This document shows, piece after piece, positions 10,544 through 19,077 of a DNA stretch of 64,000 nucleotides; the first letter of the stretch is position 1; the number at the start of each line of letters is the position of its first letter. Source of the DNA: Candidatus Sumerlaeaceae bacterium. GTDB taxonomy: Bacteria; Sumerlaeota; Sumerlaeia; Sumerlaeales; Sumerlaeaceae. The notes beneath the pieces were generated by a model that saw nothing but the letters and a program-made list of their open reading frames with translations, was not told the origin of the DNA and did no database searches. The DNA is taken from positions 35,543 to 99,542 of the forward strand of contig JAIBAT010000150.1 of assembly GCA_019695055.1 (NCBI GenBank), in the 5' to 3' direction. The translations under genes and the position numbers were made by a program.

Positions 10544-10927
10544 ATGAGGGTAAATGAAATAACTGATTCCATCATTGGTGCTGCCATCGAGGTTCACAAA
10601 GCCCTTGGGCCAGGCCTTTTGGAATCTGCCTATGAGGCCTGTCTCATGTATGAATTGGTCAATCGCGGTCTCAAAGTCGAACGGCAAAAGGGCGTTCCCC
10701 TTGCCTACAAAGAGGTTAATTTGGACTGCGGGTTTCGCGCGGATCTGATTGTAGAAGAACTGGTGGTAGTGGAACTAAAAGCAAAGGAAAGCCTTCACCC
10801 GATTGATACGGCACAACTCCTTTCCTATCTTAAGATCCTGAATCTACAGGTTGGATTGCTCATCAATTTTCACGTCGAGGTTCTGACGAAAGGCATAAAG
10901 AGAGTCTCAAACAATTACGCCGGATAA
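10544..10927 (+). CDS. GxxExxY protein (PD-(D/E)XK-like small protein family)
   Basis: 127 aa. The family signature is seen directly: IGAAIEVHKALGPGLLESAYEACLMYEL. It is AT-richer than its neighbours and inserted between leuC and leuD. Confidence 0.75.
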   Translation: MRVNEITDSIIGAAIEVHKALGPGLLESAYEACLMYELVNRGLKVERQKGVPLAYKEVNLDCGFRADLIVEELVVVELKAKESLHPIDTAQLLSYLKILNLQVGLLINFHVEVLTKGIKRVSNNYAG

Positions 10928-10996
10928 GTTGCCAGAGAGATACCTCTGCGACCTCCGCGTGCTCTGCGGTTAAATTTTACTACAGGAGAATCACCA

Positions 10997-11611
10997 ATGG
11001 ACGACATGAAACGAATCAAAATCACGGCCCCGGGCATCAGCGTTCGCGGGAACGATATCGACACGGACCGCATCATTCCGGCGCGGTATTTGAAATGCGT
11101 GACGTTTGACGGGCTGGGCGAGCACGCCTTTGAGGATGACCGTCTGCAGCTGAAGGAAAAGGGCAAAACCCATCCCTTCGACGAGGCGAAGTTTGCCGGC
11201 GCAGGCGTGTTGCTGGTAAACAAGAACTTCGGTTGCGGTTCCTCGCGCGAGCATGCGCCACAGGCGATCATGCGCTGGGGAAAAGGCATCCAGGCTGTCG
11301 TCGGTGAAAGCTTCGCCGAAATCTTCTATGGTAACTGCGTGGCGCTGGGCATTCCCTGCATGGTCGTGAGCGAGGCGGACATCGCGAAGCTTATGGACGC
11401 CAACGAGTCGGCCCCGAATGCGCCAGTCACTGTGGACCTGGAAACGATGACGATCAGCGTGGGCAATGTCAGCGCCAAGGCGGAAATGCCGGAAGGCATT
11501 CGCCGCCAGTTCCTCGATGGCCGCTGGGATTCCACGGCGGAACTGCTGGAAGCCCACGAAGCCATCGCGGCCACGGCGGCGAACGTGCCCTACTTCAACC
11601 ACTGGAAGTAG
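10997..11611 (+). CDS. leuD: 3-isopropylmalate dehydratase small subunit
   Basis: 204 aa. [15 protein letters not shown] is the LeuD/aconitase swivel-domain motif. Confidence 0.9.
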   Translation: MDDMKRIKITAPGISVRGNDIDTDRIIPARYLKCVTFDGLGEHAFEDDRLQLKEKGKTHPFDEAKFAGAGVLLVNKNFGCGSSREHAPQAIMRWGKGIQAVVGESFAEIFYGNCVALGIPCMVVSEADIAKLMDANESAPNAPVTVDLETMTISVGNVSAKAEMPEGIRRQFLDGRWDSTAELLEAHEAIAATAANVPYFNHWK

Positions 11612-11623
11612 GGCTGCGCGCCG

Positions 11624-12484
11624 TCAGTAGGTGATCGACGGCAAGAACGCGCCCAGCGGTTCCTGATAGAGCCCGTGACTCATCAGGTTCATGGGCTCCA
11701 CAACGCGCAGGCCATTGGCCAGGCACCAGCGGAAAAGCTCAGCGTTGCGCGTGGGCAGCAGGAAACCCGCGCCACCAAACTCCGGCGAGGCCGCAATGAG
11801 AGCCTTTAGGCCATCGTTGGTCCGCGCCACGGAATGACCGAAGAAGGCCACGTTGCTGGTATAGCCGACGATTTCCCCACCCTGCTCGGCAACTAAGGCC
11901 GTTCCCATCCCGATGCAATCCATCAACTCGCCGCCGCGATCATGGCCGTGAACCTCGCGGCAAACGGCGTTGCAGGCGTGGACGTCGTCCGCCATCGCCT
12001 TGCGAACCTGAATTCCTGGAATGGAAACCTTGAGCGCGGGCCCCTGCATGACGGCGAGCGGCTCACGAACCTCGAAACCCAGCTTGGCGTAAAGCGACAG
12101 CGAGCGGTTGTGGAACGCGGCCTGCACCAATCGCACGCCGGGTGCGCCCTTTTCCACGGTACGGCGCATGACATCCATCATCAGCCGGCGGCCGATGCTC
12201 TTGTTCTGGGTGGCTTCGTCCACCGTGATCGGGCCTATGCCGAAGACGGGATTGCGTTCGTCGAGGAAGTTACTGCCCACGATGCGGCCGTTTTCCTCGG
12301 CCACGACGCCGTAAAACCCGGGATGCGACAATAGCATCGACGCAAGACCCTGGGCGATTTCGGGCATTGGTATTTCGGGCGGGAAATTATGCTCGCGGTT
12401 GATGGCGCCAAAAGCCCTGAAGATGATGTCGGCGCAAACCTGCGCGTCGGCGGGCGTTCCGCGGCGCAACGTAATGGAACTCAT
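11624..12484 (-). CDS. Two-domain GNAT family N-acetyltransferase
   Basis: An acetyl-CoA-binding-like motif is present (QNKSIGRRLMMDVMRR), with a second GNAT-like half. 286 aa. Confidence 0.55.
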   Translation of the reverse strand: MSSITLRRGTPADAQVCADIIFRAFGAINREHNFPPEIPMPEIAQGLASMLLSHPGFYGVVAEENGRIVGSNFLDERNPVFGIGPITVDEATQNKSIGRRLMMDVMRRTVEKGAPGVRLVQAAFHNRSLSLYAKLGFEVREPLAVMQGPALKVSIPGIQVRKAMADDVHACNAVCREVHGHDRGGELMDCIGMGTALVAEQGGEIVGYTSNVAFFGHSVARTNDGLKALIAASPEFGGAGFLLPTRNAELFRWCLANGLRVVEPMNLMSHGLYQEPLGAFLPSITY

Positions 12485-12702
12485 AATGGTAAAACCCCTC
12501 TGGATTCATGAATCTGGCGGAGAAGCGGTCGCGAAACCGGACGGTTCGCCAATCGCAACCGGTTGTTACTTTTCAAGCAGGGCCCACAAAAATTCGTGGG
12601 CGGGCACCACAACCCCAATTCACCGTTGCAATACCGGCCCGTTGTCATCCCATGGTATTTCGTTTGCTTGATGTATCAGTGGTTCGGTAGGAAACGGATT
12701 TA

Positions 12703-14313
12703 GTGGGTGGATTTCGTACAATAGCGGTTTCTCTGCTGGTGTTTGGTGTTGCCTTGCTGGCCAGTCCGGCCAGTTCGGCGCCGGTGGAACCTGCGCACCC
12801 ATTGGCCGAAGTTCTGGCCGATTTTGACGCCCAGCCGCGTGAGCCTCTGATGCTGGCTCAGTTCGGCTGGTTTACCCGCCGCGAACCCGAAGCCACGCCG
12901 GCGCCGCGGCGGGCGACGCCGGCGCCGACGCCGGAGGAGAGCCTTGAGACCGGCGAATACGTCTGGGCCAAGGATCTTTCCGAACAACTCAAGAAGATCG
13001 ATCCCAAGGCCGATGTGGACTGGGATGGCCGGGTGCTGCGCATCAAGGCCAACGGCCAGAAATTCTCCCTGTTCACCACGGTGAACGACATGGTCGCCAA
13101 CGGCGTGTCGGAAAAGATCGACCGGCCGCTGCGGGTTTCCCGCGGCGAGATCTACGTGCCACAGACCACGATCGAGCTCATCGGCAAGCGCCTTGAAGAA
13201 GGACCCAAGGCTGGAACCGATGCGACCTCCACAGCGCTTGCAACCGCCACACCGACGCCCACTTTGACGCCGCTCCCTTCGCCAACACCCACGCCAACCG
13301 TGGCACAGGTCACGCCAGCGCCGACACCGGAGGTTGCTGCCGGACTACCAACGCCTGCGCCGGTAGCGACTCCGTTTCCGGAGGTAAAAGCCACGCCCGC
13401 AACGGTGGTGGAAGTCATCGCCACACCGACGCCGACACCGAAACCCGTGGTGGCGTCGGTGCCGACGAAGACTCCGCGCGCGGGCCGTGGCACGAAAGCC
13501 ACGCCGATTCCGGCGCCGGCTGTCGAGGTGAAAGCGGACGGCAACGCGCTGTACCAGCAGTCGCTGCGCGACAAGTCCGAAGTGGGCACGTACCGCATTC
13601 CCAAGTTCACCCTGTCCGAACTGCAATCCGCCGCCGGCGAGGCGAAGGTGCGCAAGGTCGTCGTGGACCCTGACGATGGCGATCCGGCCGCGGGCCGCCT
13701 TTCCGAGGAGGTTGCCAACATTAACCTGGAGATCGCCCGAAAGATCAAGGGGCGCCTGGAGAGCAGCGGCATCAGCGTGGAGCTGACCCGCGATAGCAAC
13801 AAGCGCATCCCGCCTGGCAAAAAGCTGGAGATCATCACGAACAGCGGCGCGCAGGCGCTGATCTCGGTGCGCATCGGCGCCAGCGATTTCCCCGATGTGG
13901 GCGGAACGCGGGTGCTATTTACCAATGATTCCGTGGATTCCCGAGGGAACCAGACACTGACCAAGCAGAGCACCGGCAGCGTGCCGACGGACCTGAACTA
14001 CCTGCCGTTCCAGCAGCGGAACAATGTGCTGGGCTCGGCACTGCTGAATGCGCTGAAGGGCCTGACCGGCGGCCAGAGCGCGGGCATCAACCCCGTGCCG
14101 CTGTACCTGCAGCGCCGTGCGCCGATGGCCTCGGCGCTGGTGGTGGTGGGGTACATCACCAACCCGGCGGACGCCAAGCGCCTGCGCGACCCGGCGGAGC
14201 AGGACAAGATTGCCGATGCGCTGGCGGAGGGCGTCGTGCAGTTCGGGGGCCATATGGATTCCGGTTCCAGTGTCGCCGGCACACGCACCGCCGCTGTGGG
14301 GGTGAAACCATGA
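12703..14313 (+). CDS. Secreted Amidase_3 (N-acetylmuramoyl-L-alanine amidase-like) domain protein with a long Thr/Pro-rich linker; the catalytic zinc ligands appear degenerate
   Basis: A signal peptide is present (VSLLVFGVALLASPASSA). A TPTPTP-rich low-complexity region spans roughly aa 170-260. The C-terminal domain aligns to Amidase_3 (VVVDPDDGDP...LEIARKI...VELTRDS...ALVVVGYITNPADAKRL). The GHGG His is replaced by DDGD, and the second His (SIHAD in canonical enzymes) by SVRIGAS. Confidence 0.6.
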   Translation: MGGFRTIAVSLLVFGVALLASPASSAPVEPAHPLAEVLADFDAQPREPLMLAQFGWFTRREPEATPAPRRATPAPTPEESLETGEYVWAKDLSEQLKKIDPKADVDWDGRVLRIKANGQKFSLFTTVNDMVANGVSEKIDRPLRVSRGEIYVPQTTIELIGKRLEEGPKAGTDATSTALATATPTPTLTPLPSPTPTPTVAQVTPAPTPEVAAGLPTPAPVATPFPEVKATPATVVEVIATPTPTPKPVVASVPTKTPRAGRGTKATPIPAPAVEVKADGNALYQQSLRDKSEVGTYRIPKFTLSELQSAAGEAKVRKVVVDPDDGDPAAGRLSEEVANINLEIARKIKGRLESSGISVELTRDSNKRIPPGKKLEIITNSGAQALISVRIGASDFPDVGGTRVLFTNDSVDSRGNQTLTKQSTGSVPTDLNYLPFQQRNNVLGSALLNALKGLTGGQSAGINPVPLYLQRRAPMASALVVVGYITNPADAKRLRDPAEQDKIADALAEGVVQFGGHMDSGSSVAGTRTAAVGVKP

Positions 14314-14909
14314 GTCCGCGTCGTGACCCCTACTTTGGCCGCTTTGTCCTGACCATTGCCACCATCGGCCTTGTGGTGGTGGTGCTGGGCCTTGGGTTTA
14401 TCTGGTACTACTTCCAGTCGGGCACGGCCACCTCGGCGACAAACCCGCTGAAGAACCTCTTTTCGCAGCGCAGCAGCCTGCCGCCGAACCAGGCGATGCT
14501 TTATTACACGAAGGACGGCCAGCAGCTTGTGGGTGCCGTGGCAGACCTGGGCCGCGCCGGTGCCTCGGCCAGCGATCGCGCCAGCGTCATCCTGGAGAAG
14601 CTGCTGGCGGGCAAGGACTCGGCTTTCCTCCGCTCCCCCATCCCGTCGGGGACGCGGCTGGTTTCCGTGTTCGTGGACAAGGACTTGGTGATAGTGAACC
14701 TTTCCAAGGAATTCATGACCAACCTCAAGGGCGGCGTGGACGAGGAGCTACTTGCGGTTTACAGCATCGTGAACAGCCTGCTCTACAATATTGAGTCGGT
14801 GAACCAGGTCCAACTGCTCATCGACGGTGAAACGGTCCCGACGCTGCGGGGCAACATCGACTTGGAAAGCCCGCTCATTGCGAACTCGGCCATAACGCGG
14901 TCTTCGTAG
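14310..14909 (+). CDS. GerMN-domain (sporulation/germination-like) membrane-anchored protein
   Basis: An N-terminal TM helix is present (LTIATIGLVVVVLGLGFIWYYF). GerMN-like motifs are present: LYYTKDGQQLV...VFVDKDLVIVNLSKEF...LAVYSIVNSLL...VQLLIDGE. The ATGA overlap with the amidase-like gene indicates translational coupling. Confidence 0.6.
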   Translation: MSPRRDPYFGRFVLTIATIGLVVVVLGLGFIWYYFQSGTATSATNPLKNLFSQRSSLPPNQAMLYYTKDGQQLVGAVADLGRAGASASDRASVILEKLLAGKDSAFLRSPIPSGTRLVSVFVDKDLVIVNLSKEFMTNLKGGVDEELLAVYSIVNSLLYNIESVNQVQLLIDGETVPTLRGNIDLESPLIANSAITRSS

Positions 14910-15027
14910 AAGCAAAGTCTCACCACGAAGACGCGAAGGGCACGAAGAAGACGCGAAGGTTGCGGCGCCCCCCCGAGAAGTGCCCCCCTGCGAAACCCAT
15001 TTCTCCGTCCTCCCGGATCTTTGCGGA

Positions 15028-15052
15028 GGGGGGAGGGGGAGGGGGAGGGGGG
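15028..15052 (+). repeat. Perfect G-quadruplex-forming motif G6-A-G5-A-G5-A-G6
   Basis: Read directly: GGGGGGAGGGGGAGGGGGAGGGGGG. Upstream C-runs (CCCCCCC...CCCCCC at about 14968-14990) could alternatively pair with it. It lies in the 500-bp convergent intergenic region between the GerMN gene and tspO. Confidence 0.7.
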
Positions 15053-15409
15053 TATGTCTATACAGCCAACTTCAATACATTCAATGCTATGTATTTTGGA
15101 TGGGGCCTTATAGCCCCTTAACGATGCGTATTTGAATCGGTCTAAATTTCGGCTTGGAGCGGTTGAAATTTGCGGTGAGTAGCCGAGAACCGGTGCGAGG
15201 CTCATTGGAAGTTTGGTGACCATTATGCAGGGAGGCTAACATGGGTGGATGGGGTTTGCCTATTCCCACAGGACCCCCTTGCAGCCGCTTATGGACCCAT
15301 AATTTTCACCACCAAGTCTCAAAGACACCAAGGAAAGAGTTGGGGGCAATGAACTGCGAAAGGCCACCAGGCTTTGCGTCGGCCCTTTTGGCCGCTTGAT
15401 CTTTGCGGT

Positions 15410-15892
15410 TCAGGGGTTCAGTCGCCATAATGTGAAGTTCAACGTCGCCGCGAAACTTACCCATGCGAGGTAAGGGACGAGCAGCCACGCTGCGGGGCGA
15501 CTTACGGGCCAAAATGCCGCGAGGGTCGTGACGATGGCCAGCCAGAGCAGAAGTATTTCGGCAAATGCCAATCCTGGCAGGTGCAATCCGAAAAACAGCG
15601 GTGTCCAGAGTGCGTTGAGCGTCAATTGCGCGAGGAAGATGAGGAACGGCCGACGCTGCCTGCCCCAGCCACCCTTTCGCCAGACGAGCCATGCAGCCAC
15701 GGCCAGCATCGCATAGAGGGCCGTCCACACCGGGCCGAAAATCCAACCCGGTGGATTCCACGACGGCTTCCTCAAAGAGTCATACCATTCCCCGGGCATG
15801 AACAACGCGCCCATCGCCGCTGCGGCGAAGCATAGCAACACCCATCCAGCCAGGGCGAGCAGAGGGCGAATCGATGTGTTGTTGATCGTCAT
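15410..15892 (-). CDS. tspO: TspO/MBR family tryptophan-rich sensory protein
   Basis: 160 aa with five hydrophobic helices. It is Trp-rich: WNPPGWIFGPVWTALYAMLAVAAWLVW. Confidence 0.8.
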   Translation of the reverse strand: MTINNTSIRPLLALAGWVLLCFAAAAMGALFMPGEWYDSLRKPSWNPPGWIFGPVWTALYAMLAVAAWLVWRKGGWGRQRRPFLIFLAQLTLNALWTPLFFGLHLPGLAFAEILLLWLAIVTTLAAFWPVSRPAAWLLVPYLAWVSFAATLNFTLWRLNP

Positions 15893-15901
15893 GCTGAAGC
15901 C

Positions 15902-17374
15902 TTACCCATCCTTCACGGCGGCATGCGCCAGGCCGCGCAGCATCCCGGCGAACACAAGCTGGTGCAACGGCCAGACGCCGTACCAATAGGCCAAGCCCGA
16001 TAACCCCAGGGGATCGAAGGTCGCCGTCTGGCGCAGGCGCGCGCCGTTTCCGTCCTGTTGCACCTCAAATTCAAGCCACGCCCGACCGGGCAGTTTCATC
16101 TCGGCCGCCAGCCGCAGGCGCTGGCCCGGCTGGATGGATTCGACGCGCCAGCAATCCAGCGTGTCGCCCACTCGCAGCCGCCCCGGATCGCGACGGCCAC
16201 GGCGCATTCCCACCCCGCCCATGAGCAGGTCCAGCCAGCCACGCAACGTCCAAAGCCAGTCTGCGTAATACCATCCCGCCGCGCCGCCGATGCGCTCGAC
16301 GGCGGCAAACACCCGGGCCGGTGACGCCGCGACGGGCAGTGAGCGCGAATCCACCAGGCGGTTGCCAAATCGTGTGCCTCCCCATTGCCGGGGCGCGCTC
16401 GCGGCGGCAGACGATGCATCCGACCAGCGTGTTTGCGCGAAGCTGGAGTCTTCATTTCGCAAGGCACGGGCAATCGCCTCGCTGACGCCAATGGGCCTGA
16501 TGGGGAAAAGACGTTGTGCGGAATCGTCGCGCACTACGGTCGGGTGACGGAGACTGTCCACCAGTTTGCGACCCACGCGGGCGTAAAGCGGAGTCACGAG
16601 GCCCAGCCACAAACTCGAAAGTCGCGGCGTCAGCAACGGGACGGGAATCATCAACCGCCGCAGGCCGCGCTGCCGGGCGTATTCACGCATCAGCTCGCCA
16701 TAGGAAACGCGATCCGGCCCGCCGATCTCGACGGTGAGGCTGCGGTTGCCGGTTTCCAAGGCCAACGCCATCCGCAAATAGGCCAGCACGTCGTCGATGG
16801 CGATGGGCTGCGCCGTCACCCGCACCCAGCGAGGCGTCACCATCACGGGCAATCGCTCCACGAGTGCCCGGATCATCTCGTAGGACAGGCTGCCTGAGCC
16901 GATGATGATGGACGCCCGGAACTCGATCACCGGCGGGCCTTGCGCCCGCAATCGTTCGCCCACCTCGTGGCGGCTGCGCAGGTGAGCCGACAAATCCGGC
17001 TCATCCTCACCCAAGCCTCCCAGATAAATGATGCGTTGCACCCCGGCGGCGCAGGCAGCAGTGGCGAAGTTTTCCGCCGCCAAACGATCCTGCGTTTCAA
17101 AATCGGTGGTCGCGCCCATGGAATGGACCAGATAGAACGCGGCCTTCACCCCGTTCATGGCAGCGGCTAATGATGACGCGTCGAGCACGTCCCCCTGCAC
17201 GACTTCGACGCCGGCGGGCACGCGGGGTGACAAATGTTCCGGCTGCCGCGCCAGACACCGCACACGCCAGCCGTCCGCCACCAGCAACGGTAATAGCCGC
17301 CCGCCGACGTAGCCGGTCGCACCTGTCAGCAAAATGTGGCCATGCTTGTTCATCACAGCCTCAGGTCCGGGCAT
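15902..17374 (-). CDS. NAD(P)-binding SDR/epimerase-family protein fused to a C-terminal SRPBCC-like (DUF2867-type) domain
   Basis: A Rossmann motif is seen (LLTGATGYVGGRLLPLL). The C-terminal roughly 150 aa are non-SDR and aromatic-rich. 490 aa. Confidence 0.6.
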   Translation of the reverse strand: MPGPEAVMNKHGHILLTGATGYVGGRLLPLLVADGWRVRCLARQPEHLSPRVPAGVEVVQGDVLDASSLAAAMNGVKAAFYLVHSMGATTDFETQDRLAAENFATAACAAGVQRIIYLGGLGEDEPDLSAHLRSRHEVGERLRAQGPPVIEFRASIIIGSGSLSYEMIRALVERLPVMVTPRWVRVTAQPIAIDDVLAYLRMALALETGNRSLTVEIGGPDRVSYGELMREYARQRGLRRLMIPVPLLTPRLSSLWLGLVTPLYARVGRKLVDSLRHPTVVRDDSAQRLFPIRPIGVSEAIARALRNEDSSFAQTRWSDASSAAASAPRQWGGTRFGNRLVDSRSLPVAASPARVFAAVERIGGAAGWYYADWLWTLRGWLDLLMGGVGMRRGRRDPGRLRVGDTLDCWRVESIQPGQRLRLAAEMKLPGRAWLEFEVQQDGNGARLRQTATFDPLGLSGLAYWYGVWPLHQLVFAGMLRGLAHAAVKDG

Positions 17375-17418
17375 TGTTCTTCTTCATGGATCCTCTCCTA
17401 CTCCAAGTTTTGATTTTT

Positions 17419-17585
17419 GAGTTAAAGAAAAAAGGATTCGCTGCGGGGTTCGCGAAGGATGTGGGGAGGGTCGGATTGGAGCAGTTCTGAGTTCTGAGTT
17501 CTGAGTTCTGAGTTCTGAGTTAAAGACAAAAAGATTTGCTGCGGGTTTCGCGCAAGATGCAGGGAAGGTCGGATGGAGTAGAGTT
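17419..17585. repeat. Composite AT-rich direct repeat: two copies of about 65 bp flanking (AGTTCTG)x5
   Basis: Unit 1 (17419-17484) is GAGTTAAAGAAAAAAGGATTCGCTGCGGGGTTCGCGAAGGATGTGGGGAGGGTCGGATTGGAGCAG. Unit 2 (17517-17581) is about 85% identical. The heptamer AGTTCTG occurs five times at 17483-17517. The element sits in the divergent promoter region between the SDR gene and the phosphoesterase gene. Confidence 0.8.
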
Positions 17586-17635
17586 ATAGGGGTGGGCGTG
17601 AATTTCCGGGCGGGGTTGGGATTCTTGGGGGTATC

Positions 17636-19024
17636 TTGGAGCGATCTGGCAAATGGGGTGTTTTGGGGCGGCGGCTTTTGGGGGCGGCCATTGCCAGCGC
17701 GCTGATCACGGGGTTCTGCGTGTTTGGGTATTTTGTGGCGGCGCCGATGCACCGGGATGGGCGGGGGCAAAAGGTGTTTTGGGCTGTGAACGCAGTGGCC
17801 GACCTAGTGACGGCTCCTGTGCGGTTTGCCCTGCCGTCGGTGGCTGGGGCACTGGGCCGGGACTGGCGGGTCTGGCAAATGAAACCCGTGCTGACCGGCA
17901 CGGCGGCCTTCTACTTTCTTCTCTTTGCGCTGCTGGATGTACGGTTAGGTTCAAGGCGTCAGACAACTGATGGTGCCAGCCTATCGCCTGATGATAGGGA
18001 ATTGGATTCGGGGGCGGAATCGTCGGAGACCAGAGATTCGGGTTTAGCAGCGGGCGAGCCAGCCAATGACGAAGAAGCGCTGAACGCGACAGCGGCGGAA
18101 TCGGTCGGGACTTCTCCCCTTTCTCGGCGGGCGTTCTTTGCGGCGTCGGCTGGTCGGGTGGCAAAGGTAACCGTCGTGGCGGTGGGGGGATCGGCGCTGG
18201 CGTGGTCGGTGCTGGCGGAGCCCAACTTTTTACCGGTAGTGCGGCGGAAGCTGCGCCTTGCGGGATTGCCTGCGTCGCTGGATGGGCTGCGGGCGGTTTA
18301 CCTGTCCGATATTCACCATGGGCCCTGGCTTTCTGTAGCGTTCCTGAGACGTATGGTGGAGCGGGTCAATGCACTGCGGCCGGACTTGATCCTGCTGGGG
18401 GGTGACTACGTTAATGCATCGCCGGACTACATCAAACCTGCCTTTGCGGAGATGGCCGCGCTGCGTGCGAACATCGGGGTGGCGGGGGTGCTGGGGAATC
18501 ACGATTGGTGGGAGGATGCACCACGGACACGTAAACAGTTTGAGAAGTGCGGATTTGCACTGGTGGACAATGCCAGGGTTTTTGTGACACCCGGGCGGCG
18601 CATGGAAAAGGGCGCGGACGCGGGGCTGTGCGTGGCAGGGGTGGGCGACTTCTGGGAAGACAAGGTGGACGCAGGAGCCGCGCTCCACAAGGTGCCGCGG
18701 GAGATGCCGCGCCTGTTGCTGTCACATAATCCCGACGTGGCCATGGAGCCGCAAATTGCCCAGGGTGGACACCGCATCGACATGATGCTGTCGGGTCATA
18801 CGCACGGTGGGCAGATCAGGATTCCGTTTCTCGGCACACCGATCGTGCCATCGAACTATGGTCAGAAGTTTGCCGCGGGACTGGTGGATACGCCCGGTTG
18901 CCCGGTTTATGTGTCGCGGGGTGTGGGGTACACGGTGCTGCCGTTGCGATTCGGCGTGCCGCCGGAGATTACGCTGTGGGAACTGGAGTCGGCACCGCAA
19001 AGACCGATGTTGGGTTCGGTTTGA
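17636..19024 (+). CDS. Calcineurin-like metallophosphoesterase (YkuE-like) with an N-terminal membrane module and an internal twin-arginine-like motif
   Basis: Metallophosphoesterase motifs are present: LSDIHHG, GGDYV, GNHDWW and GHTHGGQ. SRRAFFAASAG (Tat-like RRxFF) sits at about aa 165, after three hydrophobic helices and a Ser/Asp/Glu-rich linker. Confidence 0.65.
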   Translation: MERSGKWGVLGRRLLGAAIASALITGFCVFGYFVAAPMHRDGRGQKVFWAVNAVADLVTAPVRFALPSVAGALGRDWRVWQMKPVLTGTAAFYFLLFALLDVRLGSRRQTTDGASLSPDDRELDSGAESSETRDSGLAAGEPANDEEALNATAAESVGTSPLSRRAFFAASAGRVAKVTVVAVGGSALAWSVLAEPNFLPVVRRKLRLAGLPASLDGLRAVYLSDIHHGPWLSVAFLRRMVERVNALRPDLILLGGDYVNASPDYIKPAFAEMAALRANIGVAGVLGNHDWWEDAPRTRKQFEKCGFALVDNARVFVTPGRRMEKGADAGLCVAGVGDFWEDKVDAGAALHKVPREMPRLLLSHNPDVAMEPQIAQGGHRIDMMLSGHTHGGQIRIPFLGTPIVPSNYGQKFAAGLVDTPGCPVYVSRGVGYTVLPLRFGVPPEITLWELESAPQRPMLGSV

Positions 19025-19077
19025 CATAGACTTGCGGGATGGGGCATCAAAGCGGGAAGTTGCTCCAATAACCCGCC

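Noticed and set aside
13200-13500. A repetitive TPTPTP / PTPAP DNA stretch.
   Set aside because: It is an in-frame low-complexity Thr/Pro linker of the amidase-like protein, not an independent repeat element.
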